A stretch of 62,879 nt of DNA, counting the filler, from Psammoneis japonica (lineage: Eukaryota): assembly GCA_008632985.1 (NCBI GenBank). It is 5 parts of 5 records of this genome, joined end to end, with 100 filler letters (N's around TTAATTAATTAA, not from the genome) between each part and the next. Parts side by side here need not be neighbours in the genome. Positions count along the whole stretch, not along the records: positions 1 to 12,665 come from QPGO01000509.1; 4 more parts are not named here. One strand, written 5' to 3'. A program made the translations under genes and the position numbers. The notes beneath the pieces were generated by a model. It ran no database searches. It was not told where the DNA came from and saw only the letters and a list, made by a program, of their open reading frames with translations. This document shows, in pieces, positions 1-12,765 of this stretch (its first letter is position 1; the number at the start of each line of letters is the position of its first letter).

Positions 1-96
1 ACATTACAACAATCCAACTACTGCGTACCGCACGCGTGCAAATGACGGACACCATCGTCAGCACCAGACGGAATCAAGCATCAAACACGCGTCGTT

Positions 97-2814
97 TCAA
101 AACACACCGGAACGGACAAAGACCGTCTGAGCACGTTCATTAAATTGCACCAACCCGTCCGCTTCCAGGCTCCTAAGAGTGTTTACTACCCCGTCATGGT
201 GCTGCAATTCGTCTCCTGCATTGGTAATTTCCACAAACTGCTGTACCACGTCCCGCACAGCCATACGAGTGCCTCGCCTCTTTCAAGCACAATTCAGCAT
301 GACATAAGAAAGAATAAAATGAGCAAACGAGAAAACGGAATGAAAAGGATACACACGTATTCGTGTCAACAGTCTTTACTCACATGAGACAAGAGCTCCT
401 TGATTTGGATAGACATGTTTTCCTGCGCCTGACGATCTAAACTCGATTTGCCAGTGGCAATCATGTCCATATCAATCTTACCCGTCCGAGGGTCGGTTGC
501 TGCGGCTTGCGTGGCTACTCGAATCAAGCGTACAGCTTCCTGAGCGTCCTCTCTCGTGACGGTTGCGGAGAAGCGCATCTTGGCCAATGCTTCCGAGAGA
601 CGAATCATGGATTCCAATTGACGAGGGGTGGCTGAAATAGTACGCGAGCCACCTCCACCCATACTTCGCATCTGCAAATAAGCCGTCAGCAACTCCTTGG
701 TTGCTTCGTCACTCAAGTAAGGATGAATATGGTCCTTGGCGTACTCGATATAGTCCCTCAACAGTTCTTGCGTGAGCGGTGGCTGTACGACCGAAGGAGT
801 TTCGTAGTACAATCCAACAAGATGCTGAGCCAAACGCCGGTCGTGTTCCACGTTGGGAGAATCCAAGACCAAGTAAATCAAATCAAACCTGGACAGTAGC
901 GTTGGCGGTAGTTGGATGTTATCCACCACAGACTGGTTGGGATTGTACCTGGACGAGGTAGGGTTTGCCGACGCCAAAATAGAAGTCCTCGCGTGTAGCG
1001 TGGCAATAATACCCGCCTTGGCAATACTGACGGTCTGTTGCTCCATGGCCTCATGAAGTACCGAACGTGTTGAATCCGACATTTTGTCAAACTCATCGAT
1101 ACAGCAGACGCCTAAATCACTAAGAACTAGAGCGCCGCTCTCCAAGACTAAATCCCTCGTCTCGACGTCACGCACAACAGAAGCCGTCAAACCCACGGCG
1201 GAGGATCCTTTCCAGACGTATAAATCCCGCGAGGAGAAATCTTATGAACAAAGCCAAGCAACTGCGACTTGGAGGTTCCGGGGTCACCACAGAGCAAGAT
1301 ATTAATGTCGCCACGCTTGTCTAGAGCGTCATGTTGATCTTGGTCGTCGTCTTCCGGTTCATCATCGTCGCTATCACTGACTTGGCCTTGGTTTTGCTTG
1401 ACACGTACATGGTTGCCACCAAAGAGCATGCAAAGAATACCACGCTTGACATCATCCATTTCCCAAATACTGGGTGCGAGGGATTGGGTCAAGAGGTTGT
1501 AAATGTCCGGTTCCTGCGATAACTTTGTGAGCTCTTCAATACGTTCTGGAGTGAAGCGATACGCTAAGCCACCACTGCGCGTCTCGTCGTTGGCATGAAC
1601 ACGCCTGAAATGAATCACGTCGACATATGTCTTGTACACAGAATTGACCTTGCTAATCTTGGGGTTTACCCGTCGTGGCTGGGCTCGTAGCACCCCGGTG
1701 ATTTCAATACGGTCACCCGGCTGCACCTGATTGACCAAATCGTCAAAGAGAAAGGCGAGAATCGAAGCCGGTGTCTGTCCAGCTGGCACTTGATCGGGTG
1801 TCTCTTGAATACGAAGAGCTTGCTTATCAGAAAAGACGCACTGATTGTGAACAAGAGAAAAGGAGTTACGGCAGTTGCAGACGTTGCACTTGGAGGGTTC
1901 TGGGACGCGTCCACGGTCCACGGCAAAACGCTCAACATTGCCACAAATGCTACACTCAAAGTGCGCCACCTTGAAATCAGGAATGATCGGCGAGCTCCTT
2001 ACCAAGAAACCTTGAATACTCAAAAGAGAGTCCAGTTGATGGGATGGGTCAGTCGTCTCAGATGCGACAACTCCTTGAGACGAAACGGACGGACTTGAAT
2101 ATTAAAAGAAAGCAAGGGCGACTCTGCTTCTTCTTCTTCGTCATCGTCACTATCTTGAGCACGTGCTTGACGCTCTAGCTCACGCTGCTCTATCTGTAAT
2201 TTCTGCACCAGACGTTGCACCACCAAATCAAAGAGCGGTACAATTTCCATAGGATAATGCACGAGCTGGTGATAGAGACGTTGACAAGCCTCGTTATGAT
2301 AGTACAGATGCATCGTGTCCACTTCCAAAGACAATACCTTGTTTTCGTTGCCCGGTATCATCATATCGTGAAGCTTCTGCATGTAAACGAGCGGCGGTGG
2401 ATCTTCTTCTAAATCAGAATCGTCGTCAGAAAAATCCTCAGAATCATCATCATCTTGCGGCTTATTCTGCTTGGCCGAATACTCCATACTACGAAAGGTC
2501 TTGAGGAAGTTTGAAAAGGTATCAGCAGCAGTCGTTACATTAATATTGGTTCCACGCACAACGAGTGTTTCTTCTTCTTCTTCTTCAGGAGGAGGCTCGT
2601 CGTTCTGCTGCTGATTTGAGTCTGAGGCGCATCAGGCGTCAGCAACAAGAGGATGCGTCGTCGTCGTGCGGCATTACGGTCGTTCATTGGGCGTGGACGG
2701 CACAGCATCAGATAAGGGAGTAGGAGGTACGTGAGGACTGGATGGAGGAGAAGGAGGCATACCCCGGGAAGGGGACGCAGGGACCTCATCATTGTCGTCG
2801 CTGTCGCTACTCAT
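97..2814 (-). CDS. MCM4: DNA replication licensing factor MCM4 (one intron 280-383; several apparent single-base assembly indels)
   Basis: Zn finger (CSIC..CNVC), OB-fold QETPDQVPAGQTP, Walker A GDPGTSKSQ, YTSGK(G)SSAVGLTA, CCIDEFDKM, LLSRFDL, ATPRQLES, AATDPRTGKIDMD. ATG at 2814 starts an S/T-P-rich N-terminus. GT..AG intron 383->280, then last exon RRGTRMAV..EADGLVQFNERAQTVFVRSGVF* ending at 97. Confidence 0.93.
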
Positions 2815-3074
2815 CTCTTCAGAAAAAAAATGATGCGTTGCGTTGTGTTTTGGGGGGTGGAGATTTTATGGCGCGTTTCGCGCGGCGAGTGCGCGGAAAA
2901 GAGCAAAAGACGCATTTTTGCATAAAAAGTCTCCAAAATTGCTCGTTTCGCACGACCTCTGAACCACAACATTGACAACGGCCATGTGGACTTCTTGGGA
3001 CGGCCGAGATGAGGCCTGTCACACATGGCTTTTGTCTTGGACCTGTTGAGAGAGGAACTTTGTCGAATCAACTT

Positions 3075-3170
3075 CAGCAGCAGCAACAGCAACAACAGCA
3101 ACAACAGCAACAACAGCAGCAGCAGCAGCAGCAGCAGCAAGGTCAAGAACAACAACAAGAACAAGAACAA
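3075..3170 (+). repeat. (CAG/CAA)n microsatellite
   Basis: Directly visible cagcagcagcaacagcaacaa... array. Confidence 0.95.
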
Positions 3171-5339
3171 CCCACCCAAAACAATGGTGTGTCTCTTTGC
3201 ACATGCTTGCCTCTGCTGGGGCCCTTTGTCAAACACCATGAAACCCACATTCAGCTCCCTTTTGTGCCATCAGATTGGCAGCGTGCAAAGGCTCCATCCA
3301 GCAAGGTTTGCTTGCCAAAGTTTCAGCCCTCTCTCAATTTGCAGGGGGGCAGGAGCAAGAGCTCCTCTCTGCCTTCTTGCCCAGAATCAAGTGCGCGGGT
3401 GCATCTGTGCAAGATGGTGTTGAATCTTGGAGGACATTTGAATGAAGCAGGAGTCAACAGCTGTCAGGTGTGCAAGGTGTTTGAAGACTGTCTCACACCC
3501 TGTCTGTGGCATGAGGTTGAAATTGTGCAGGGGGTGAGCCACTTTCACTTCATGTGGTGACTCTTGTCATGGCCAGCTGGCACACTTGAGGCCCTGTCAA
3601 GCATTTTTGCACCAAGTGAGTGCTGCTCTGTGTTTGTGATGCTGACAAGTGAGCTGCAAAGAGTGGTGGATTTGTTGGCTGGACACAAGAACAATGAGCA
3701 ACAAGAACAACAAAATGGCTGAACATGACAAGCTGCCTTCAAATGTTTCACGCAAGGGGAAACAAGATGGCAAGGGTGCAGCCGCTTTTTAGAAGGAGAC
3801 AAGAAATCACTGTCCCTGGGTTCATCCCTGAGTGTCCAAGCCAGAGCTTGGGCCCAGGAAAGAACCTGCTGGAAATTGACCATGATGACAGGACACAGCA
3901 AAGACTCTCAGCCATTCACTTGACATCAGAAAGCAGATGACAAAGAGCATGCAAACTCTCTTCAACATGAGCACTCCAGTGGAGCAGCAAGAAAGTGCTG
4001 CTCACAATGTTTTTGTCTGTCTTTTACAAAATGACAACACGTCCTTGGGCAGCTTTCTGAGCTCAAGGTGGCACCGTTGGCCAATGAGGTCATGTTCTCA
4101 GCTTGGAAGAAGGCTCCCTCACATTTGAGTTTGGACTTTGGCTTGTGCATCTCTGCTGCAACCAAGCACTTTTTCAAAGTGTGTGTGTGACAAAAAAGAG
4201 AAAATTGTCATTTTTGTTGCAGTGACACAAAAAGTTTCCTTGCAACAACAATTTTTTCTGTGATGCATGAGAGCTGCAGATGCAGTTGCATCTGAGCACA
4301 TGCAGTGTGAGCAGTCATTTTGGGCATGTGGTGCCCTCAGTGTGGCGCTGTGCCACACTGATGCCACAATGCAGGTGGCAACACTGCAGCACTGCAAACC
4401 AAAACAGCGCAGTTCTGTGCAAACAACCATTGTCCCTGTTCATCTCCATTTGTCTCCATGCGTGCACTGGCAGCCAAAAATTTCTCACTTTGTCTCATGC
4501 ACCACAATGTGTGCAGTCACCAACTGTCTTGATTTGTTTCAAGTTGTCTCACATTGTCTTGCTGCTTTGTCCAGGAGGAGGAGAGGCTTCATCTGTCAAA
4601 TGTGACATGATGGGAGGATGCAGAGCACTGCTGAGAGAATCAACTGCAATGAAGAACACAAGTGGCGGTGCTGCAAAACAAGACGACAATGTTTTGCACG
4701 GCAAAGAGAACAGCGCTGCAACTCAAACATCTGTCAATGGCAAGCTCTTTGTTCAGTCATTCAATGACACTGCTCTCACTCCTGGATCTGTCAGCTGCAA
4801 AGCCAAGCTAAAAATTTCTGCTGTCTTCTTCACATTGCACCATTGAGAGCTGAGAGCAAGTCACTTGCTCTGCCAATGCAGAGGGTGTTCTTGATGTTCG
4901 TCACATTGCATGCCACAAATTTGATGTTTTCATGAGTCACGTGCAACTCTTCATTCTGGCATGTCGTCTGTCATGCACCATCTTGCTCAATGGACTGTGT
5001 CATGACCCGGTTCAAGATCCCACTCATGAAAGAGACACGAGTGTTGTGCACTCCATTTCTGTCTTCTTGCACAAGCCACTTCTGGGCCTCATGTTGCCTC
5101 AAACACTCACACTGCAACACCAGATGTTCAACACTTGAAGAGCTTTCACATCAGATTTGGTCATTGAAAGACAACTTGAGCTGTGTGAAAGCAAACACTG
5201 CTTTGTGTGCCCCAGACGGGGTGTCACAAAAGTGCAGAAAGAGCCAGCAGAAAGAAAGCAAGCTCTCCACAACTCTCCATCATTGCCTTTGAGGGCTTTC
5301 TGAAACACATGAGAGTGGCAAAAACTGGACCGCCATTGC

Positions 5340-5487
5340 CACAAGTGGGCTTGCAAGCATGGGATGCACACTCCCAAGACTTGTGATGAAGCAGCACAAA
5401 TTGACAAGACTGGCTGGGGCCGTCAATGGCAGAATGCCATCAACAAGGAAATGGGTGTTGTCAGGAAAGCTTTCAAGATCATTGACA
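5340..5487 (+). mobile_element. Decayed diatom-type Ty1/copia fragment (segment just before RT)
   Basis: Translates KHGMHTPKTCDEAAQIDKTGWGRQWQNAINKEMGVVRKAFK, resembling the K-Y-G..P.T..EA..ID......W..AI.KEM....F motif of diatom copia, with Y->H/C. Confidence 0.7.
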
Positions 5488-5506
5488 TTCTTGCTCTGAA
5501 GCTGCC

Positions 5507-6299
5507 GTGACTCACTTTGCTGCCATGACTGACTCCTCCACAACCAGAGCCATGAGAGTGGCTGGGAATGCTGGGGAGCCAATGACAAATGTGGTTGTAA
5601 GGGCATGAAAAAAGTGGCAAAGATTGCAGCTGTCCTTGAAATCCCCAGTGGTTGAAAGAGTTGGGCACCAGCACAGCTGTGAAAGTTTTGATCTCAACAA
5701 GAGTGCATTGACACAAGGCACAAAATGAGATGCCAACCTTCTGCAGACACAAGCACGACAAATCTGATTTAAGTGGTCATTTTCACCCAGGTGTCAATTG
5801 AAGAAAGTTGCAATGACTCACTCAAGCCAGCTCAAGTCATTGAAAAATGCAGCAGTGCCACCTTCTGCAGACACAAGCAAAGCAAATCTGATTTGCATGT
5901 TCTTTGCACCCAAGTGTCAATTGAAGAAAGTTGCAATGACGTGGCTCACTCTGCTGCCATGACTGACTCCTCCACACAACCAGAGCCATGAGAGCAGCTG
6001 CAAATGCTGGGGAGCCAATGACAAATGTGGTTGTGAGGGCATGAAACAGATGGCAAAGATTGCAGGCTGTCCTTGAAGTCCCAAGCAGTTGAAAGAGACA
6101 GTGTGCACCAGCACAGCTGTGAAAATTTTGATCTCAACAAGAGTGCATTGACACATGGCACAAAATGAGACCCCAACCTTCTGCAGACAAAAGCACGACA
6201 AATCTGATTTAAGAGGTCATTTGCACCCAGGTGTCAATTGAAGAAAGTTGCAATGACTCACTCAAGCCAGCTCAAGTCATTGAAAAATGCAGCAGTGCC
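5507..6299 (+). repeat. Tandem duplication (~434 bp offset) with an extra partial sub-repeat
   Basis: Copies start at 5507 and 5941 and both end in gaaaaatgcagcagtgcc. gttgTAagg (5598) versus gttgTGagg (6034). Confidence 0.9.
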
Positions 6300-8439
6300 T
6301 GTGAACATGGAATTTAAAAAAGGAGAGGATGTTGACCAACAGGCATTTCACCTCATGCAAGACACAAAGTGCAAAACACAGGACTTGCTCACCCCCATGA
6401 CAATGATCGCATTGTAGAAAGGAAGTGGCAGAGCAGAAGGCAGGGCAAAGCCAAACAAAGAAAGGTTGCAAAGCAATGTGGTGAGAGAAAGGGTGTGAGG
6501 TGCAAGCACAGGCAGCCATGACAACAATGCAAACAAATGACTCTGTTGCCAATCTTGATGCTCAGATGTGTTGACATGCAAGTTGAGAACAAAAAGAAAA
6601 CAGTGCTGCAGGGGCTGTGCAAAAGTGAGCAGAAGCCACACTGACCTCTTCTCTTCTGGCAGGCAAAGCTTTGTGGCAAACCCAGAATGATGAACAAGGG
6701 TTGCAGGACAATGTGAGGTCATGCCATGAAACAGAAGATCATGGAAACCAGCTGCCCAGCACATTGAAATGAAAGCCCAGCCACAACAGGACAATGTGAT
6801 GTGCAGATGGCAAGGGGCTGGATGTTGGGAGTGCTGGAAGAAATGACAAAGCAAAGAGCAGAAGAGAGCAGGAAACAGACAACAAGATGATTCAATGCAA
6901 AAATCCAAGCCATGGAACATGCAAATCAGATTGCAACCGCAGCACACAGCCAATGTGTGAAAGTGAGTTCATGAGATCAATTTGTGCAGCAAAGTCAGAT
7001 GTGGGCCACACTGCCAGCAAGTTGTTGCAAGTGCGCTGTTGTTTGGAACAAAAATCTGCAAGTCACAAGTTTCATTCATTGTCATTTCCTCCTCATCTTG
7101 TCAAGATCACATCATGTGCTGAAAGACCAAATTTTGTCAAGCATTGTTTCCTGCTTTGCCAGTTGGCTAGAATGTGGAAGGCCCTTTGACAAGAGCTGGC
7201 TGGCACTTGAGCTCTCACCAAGCACAGATCAACTCTAAATGAGAGTGACAAAAATTTCTGGACATGACTGGTGCCGATGTGCCAAAAAAGAAGCTGACGA
7301 TGCACACACGCTGCTTTTTTGCTCTTGCCATGGCATCACTGTGGTGTGAAATTTGGAAGCACACAGCCCAGAGCAACAGCACAACAGCTCTTTTAATTAA
7401 GTTGAGGAGCATTGACTGCACTTGCCATTTTTTGGCTTAAAACCACAGCAGCATGTTAAAAAACAGTGTGCAGAGTGCAAGGTGTTGCCAAAAGCTGTGC
7501 CTTGCCAGCCACATGCCACAACAGCTGAAGGCTCCACCCCACTGCACATGATGTTCTTGCCTCCTTCTAAGGCATCATCCTGAGCCATGCACTGCTTGAG
7601 AAGAAATGATGATGGCAAACTTGCTGCTGCATGTGAATGACCAGAGAGAGGCAGGTGCGTGGCTTGTGAAGAGGGCACACAGAGTGGAGTCACTGCCTTG
7701 GCTTGCCAAATGACCAACAAGGGGCAGGCAAGGAAAACATCATCTTGACTGCAGGAGTGAGCTGCACAATGGCAAGAGTGAGTCACAGAGTGATGGCTGA
7801 CATGAAACAACAATGCAGCACCATCTGGTGGCTCTGCACTCGCACCTGCAGCGGCACTTGTGCCAGCTCACTTTCCCAAGAGTCTGGTCAAGATGAGAAG
7901 AGTCTGAGAATGAGCAGTGCACACCTCATGTGCACCAGTGTCTGAGTGCTCAAGCCTCCAGCACAGCGAGGCTTGCTCAAGGAGACCAAGAAACTCGTTG
8001 TTGGGAGTGCTCGCAGACAGGGTGAGGCAAGGTGCAAGCATCAGTGCCACACTTGACACTGCACACACGCAGCACAGTGCTGGCGACTCTCTCTGCTCTC
8101 TCCAGCCAGTGGGAGCAGCTCTAGAGGTAGAGCAGCTGCTGGCAGAGAAAATCCAGAATCAGCAACACCTGGCTGGCACTCTACAGCACCTGTGCCAGTC
8201 GTGCAAATGTGGGTCCCGTAACCCGGAAATGTTCAGCAGTGCGGCAGTTCTCAAGCGCCAAGAGACAATGGACTTTGGAGATTCGGAAAAATTGGTCGCA
8301 CTGTCCATCCGTTGCCATGCATCCGAGATGAAAATCAGACGTGGTGCAAGCAGCTACCGGCAGTGTGGTGAATCATCGGCCGATGCTAAAAAGAAGACAC
8401 CATTGCACCACATCATCAAAAGAACATAGAGACAAGAGA

Positions 8440-9760
8440 TCACCATCATTAAGATCTACGTTGACAATCTAAAGCACTGGTTTTTAAACATGTGATTGCA
8501 TTGAAACCCCCAAGCAATCTCTCCACGAGTCGTCACCGGCAATCTCAAGATCCCGCCGCCGACGGTTGGTGTGTCACATGGGCTCCAACCACTGCCAGTG
8601 CTAGCAGCACAAAGGCTCCCACTGCCACCAGCACCTGCAGCAAAAGGCTCCAACCGCCTCCAGTGCCACTGGCACACAGGCACCCACCATCACCACTGGC
8701 TCCCACCGCCACCACTGCCAGCAGCACACAGGCTCCCACTGCCACCACTGCTGGCAGCAAAACACCTCCAATCACCACCACTGCCAGCAGCACGCAGGGG
8801 CACCAACAACACCAGACAAAAAGAATCCAACCACCTCGAATGCTGGTGGCACCCACCGCCACCAGATAAAAAGGACAGTGGTGCACAGGCTCCAACCGCC
8901 GCAAGCGCCAGCAGCTGTGCAGGGTACAGCCTCCCACTGCCACCAGTGCCAGCATCACACAGGGGCGCCCACCGCCACCAGATAGAAATGACAGCAGTGC
9001 ACAGGCTCCAACCGCCGCCAGTGCTGGCAGCCATGCAGGATGCAGCCTCCCACTGCCACCAGTGCCAGCATCACACGGGGGCACCAACTGTCACCAGATA
9101 AAAAAGATGGTTGTACACAGGCTCCAACATTTGCCAATGCCAGCAAACGCACAGGATGCAGGCTCACACTCTAGCAGCAAAAGGCTCCAACCGCCTCCAG
9201 TGCCAGCAGCACACAGGATCACACCGCCACCAGTGCTGGCCTTGACACACAGGCTCCCACTGCAACCACTGGCTAGCAGCAAAAAAGCTCCAACCACCAC
9301 CAGCACCAGCATCACACAGGGGTGCCAACCGCCACCAGATGAAAAGGACAGCAGTGCACAGGCTCCAGCCACCCCCAGTGCAAAAGCAGTGAAAGGCTCC
9401 TGCCGCCGCCAGTGCCACCACATTCAGCCCTGCCATGACATGTGGTCCAGTCCACAAATTTATGTTGAAAACAACACCGTCAGAGACGCCACCAATGAGA
9501 CAGATCTCTTTCAAACTTTCCAACACATTGTCACATCTAGAAGCATGTGCTGTGGCATGGCTGCGGGAATGTGCTGAAGACGCCGCCGCCGCATCATCAT
9601 CGTGAAAGTGCCGTTTGCGTTGGCCTCACGCAAATTTGAATGAGGCCTGATTGGCGCAACTGCCATTTCAGCATCGCCCCACGCAATGTTGCGTGCGTAG
9701 GATCCCACACAAGTTTTGTGAACGCATTGAAGGACAGGCCGAGTGCGACCATTTTTTCAA
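8440..9760 (+). mobile_element. TpA-depleted copy of the minisatellite-containing element found intact at 26.7-28.3 kb (opposite orientation)
   Basis: Internal gcaca(a/g)ggctcc(a/c)ac repeats. 9520-9720 aligns to the reverse complement of 26760-26950 (gccgccgccgcatcatcatcgtgaaagtgccgtt..gcaactgccatttcag). Confidence 0.75.
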
Positions 9761-10479
9761 ATCTCCACAGTCCATGGCCAAAGCAGCTGCGACTTTGAGG
9801 AAACACCACCCTGTCTTGATCTTGTCAAGCCATGAAGACAGAGAGAATGAGCACCCAGAGGGTGGAGTCACAGCATTTGACTTGGCACGCCCCTTGCGAT
9901 GATGTTTGTGCTTCCCACCACAACCACCAACACAACAGAGTGCTTGCTGTCAGTGCAATGTTGCAAATGACACCCAGCCCCCAATTCACCTGGAGCAGGC
10001 TGCAAAACAGTGGTGAGAGAAGCGGACACAAGACATGCAACAACAACGCAAGTGAGCACAAATGGGGGACTGGTGGGGACACTTGCCATGCAGCAGTTTT
10101 TTGCCATGGCAGTGGCTGAATTTTTTTTTGTGGGGTGCAGGTCGTGTGTGGGAGGAAATCTGACCGTTGAGTTCAAACCAAGTGTTGGGTTCAAATTTTC
10201 ATCAAAAAATGTCTGTCATGAACAAAACACAAAACTGTGCAATCTCAGGGATGTCAAATGTGCACAAAGCCAATGGACAGTTCATTGATCACAAGACACA
10301 CATGACGTCCACATGACGTGAGACTGTTGACCACTGCCCGGGATGGCAGCGACAGATTGGTGCCGCACTGTGTGCACCTTCTTCACCCTGGCACAAACAA
10401 AACAGAAGAAACAATCTCACAATGTGTGGGATTCCAACGGGGAAATGCGTGTTGAAATGTGAGACATGTCAAAAATTCA

Positions 10480-10780
10480 AAAAAACACTTGCCATTGATG
10501 CCATCACATCATTGCACACTTGCATGATGTCACGCACAATGCAGAAACAAGAAGAAAAAAAAAAAAATGACAAAACACTTGATGTGTTCCGCACACATGC
10601 AGAACAGGAGAAAAAACATTGCACAAAAAACTCCCAAGGCAGACTGCATGCAATGACAAAGGCACACACCAATGGCACAATGCAGGTCAAACAGCCACAT
10701 TGTTGACAAGGTCAACATCCATTGAGTGACGCCATTTGACAAATGACTCTCATGTGCAATTGGGAGGGGGGACGAATGCA
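10480..10780 (+). mobile_element. Gypsy integrase C-terminal relic followed by a polypurine tract
   Basis: KAHTNGTMQV...VNI resembles the GPY..(Y/H)TNGT..I..NIR integrase tail, followed by GGGAGGGGGGACGAA-TG. Confidence 0.5.
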
Positions 10781-11269
10781 ACATGCGTTGTCATGCACAT
10801 TTCACATGCATGTTCATTTGCCAAATGTCATTGTGTTTCAATTGTGCATCAATCATGGGTTTGCACAAAGGACACATTGATCACACAGAGTTGATCGGAT
10901 GTCTGAAATTGCAAACACAATTGATCGATGATGTCGACAAACTTGTGTGTCAATGTCAATTGTGTGCAGACAATCTGTTGTCACGACATTGTTCCCCGAA
11001 AGGCCTTTTGTCTGCAGAAGCAGCACAAAAGCTCCAGGCCATTGAGAACCTGATTGGAGAAACCCAAAATGATTGAATGCAATCCAATCTCACAATTTTC
11101 ACTTTTTGCACTTTGTTCCACTTTTGTTTGTGCTTGTTCTTCAAGCACAGTGCAGCTCGTCATCCTGGATCAAATGCGCGCATCATCCATGACAACAGTG
11201 GCAAGTTTGTTGGCTGGGAATTCAAATGTCATTGAATCAAGTGGGTGTTGATGATGCTCCAATGACACC

Positions 11270-11890
11270 TTGCAATCCTGTGACCAATGCCATTTGTGAA
11301 CGAACGCGACAGATGGTGGCCAACATCTTGCACACTGTGGTTGCCGCCAACCCTCCTTTGAATGCTTGACAGGCTGAGGCAACAGTGGAAGATGCCCTTG
11401 CTGCAGCAGCATCACATGCTTTACAATGTTCTCATTCAAGGTCAATGGGTGTCTCAAGTGGAGCTCTGGCATTCCAACATGACATGATTTTGGATCTGCC
11501 TGTTGCCACCGATCTTGCCGCAATCCAAGCCAACCGCCAAGTGTTGATTGACAAAAATCTGCAGAGACAGAGTGCAAAGCATCATTCCTGTGATTGTGCA
11601 GTCAGACAAGATGCAGCCACTGGTCAAGACCGTGGATCCCACAAAAAGGAAGGGGCGAGCTTGTGGCCCATGTTGAATTTCACAAGTCCATGCCAACAGG
11701 GCTGTTTTGGCACTGCCAGCACTGTGCATCCTCATTGAGCAGACTGGCATTTGTTGTGTGGCACCACATTGGAGTTGAGGGTTTCTTCCCAACATCTGGG
11801 TTCCCTTCTTCATGCACACCCAGTTTTGAATTTGAGTCAAGTGGCTCCAATGGTGTGCATGTTTCTTGCACCATGGAGGGGAAGAGTGAG
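11270..11890 (+). mobile_element. Decayed Ty3/gypsy integrase plus PPT
   Basis: NPVTNAICERTRQMVANIL..VEDALA..SSGALAFQHDMILDLP..D...I.ANRQVLIDKNL..SCDCAV (consensus NPQ.NAICER.HQ, SPG.L.F.RDM, DY.VG). PPT CATGGAGGGGAAGAG-TG at ~11872-11888. Confidence 0.8.
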
Positions 11891-12158
11891 CAAAATGGGG
11901 GCATGTGCTCAGGGCCAATGTGCCCTCTCTGACACGCGTGTGTTGACCAATGTGTCAGACATTCAAGGAGACCATCAGAAGTTCCCTGATTGGCAATTGA
12001 TGCTGATCGGGTTCCTTCTCTGTTCTCTCGCAACCATCCTTTTTACCTTTTTTCAAGTCATCTCAAGCCAGATCTTGCACTGCATGCACCATGCTGGCGG
12101 GGCGTGTGGCTGCAGTGCTCAACTTGCATGCTGCAACTGTGCACATCAGCGATGGAAG

Positions 12159-12625
12159 CTTTGCTCACGCTCCCAATGAAGACTTTGCAGCAATTGATTG
12201 CGCGCAATGCTTTTTTTCTTTGATGGGGGGACTGGTGGGTGCAGGTGCACAACAGCTCGAAAGAATCCTTTGGCGGTCACTTTTGCATCTCAAGCGACCT
12301 GGCAGGCTTTTCCTTCGAGAACAGGATGACAACTACAGCAGGATGACGACTTGCGGACAACTTTGCTTGCGCTCCCAATGAAGACTTTGCAGCAATTGAT
12401 TGCGCGCGATGCTTTTTTTGTTTGATGGGGGGGGACTGGGTGCAGGTGCATGACGGCTTGAAAGAATCCTTTAGCGGTCACTTTTGCCGTACGTCTCAAG
12501 CGACCTGGCAGGCTTTTCCTTCGAGAATGGGACGACAACTACAGTGGGATAACAACTTAGGTGCGCACAATTGACACCTTCGAGAATGGGATGACAACTA
12601 CAGTGGGACAACGACTTATGGACAA
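12159..12625 (+). repeat. 202-bp tandem duplication plus shorter sub-repeats
   Basis: ctttgct..gctcccaatgaagactttgcagcaattgattgcgcgc at 12159 and 12361; cttcgagaa..gacaactacag repeated three times. Confidence 0.85.
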
Positions 12626-12665
12626 TTGACACTAACGTCACTGTCTTCTACCAAAGAACTAGCTT

Positions 12666-12765
12666 NNNNNNNNNNNNNNNNNNNNNNNNNNNNNNNNNNN
12701 NNNNNNNNNTTAATTAATTAANNNNNNNNNNNNNNNNNNNNNNNNNNNNNNNNNNNNNNNNNNNN
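12666..12765. other. Assembly gap with artificial TTAATTAATTAA linker (also 25471-25571, 38275-38374, 50585-50684; plain N gap 45782-46336)
   Basis: The same stop-in-all-frames 12-mer is centred in ~100-N runs four times. Confidence 0.97.

Larger units (their letters stand above)
2950..12330. other. TpA-depleted and CpG-poor block of decayed repeats
   Basis: Very few TA dinucleotides over kilobases; survivors are mostly TTAA/CTAG/CTAA/TTAG/GTAA-type. TG/CA-rich. Contains copia and gypsy relics. TA partly retained around 8.1-8.5 kb. Confidence 0.9.

Noticed and set aside
97..2814. MCM4 (and other genes) as frameshifted pseudogenes or programmed frameshifts
   Set aside because: An essential gene with intact motifs and 1-nt indels in short runs (e.g. 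GKGSS at ~1208). The same error type recurs in several genes, so assembly error is more likely.
3009..3560. Poly-Q protein ORF
   Set aside because: Microsatellite plus stop-poor TA-depleted DNA; no protein-like features.
2950..12330. Classical fungal RIP or simple CpG decay as the cause of the skew
   Set aside because: RIP increases TpA. CpG decay cannot turn Tyr codons into Cys or His, and the copia element retains CpG while lacking TpA.
12710..12721. TTAATTAATTAA motif recurring four times
   Set aside because: Always centred in ~100-N runs, so it is an artificial contig linker. Adjacency across these gaps is not guaranteed.
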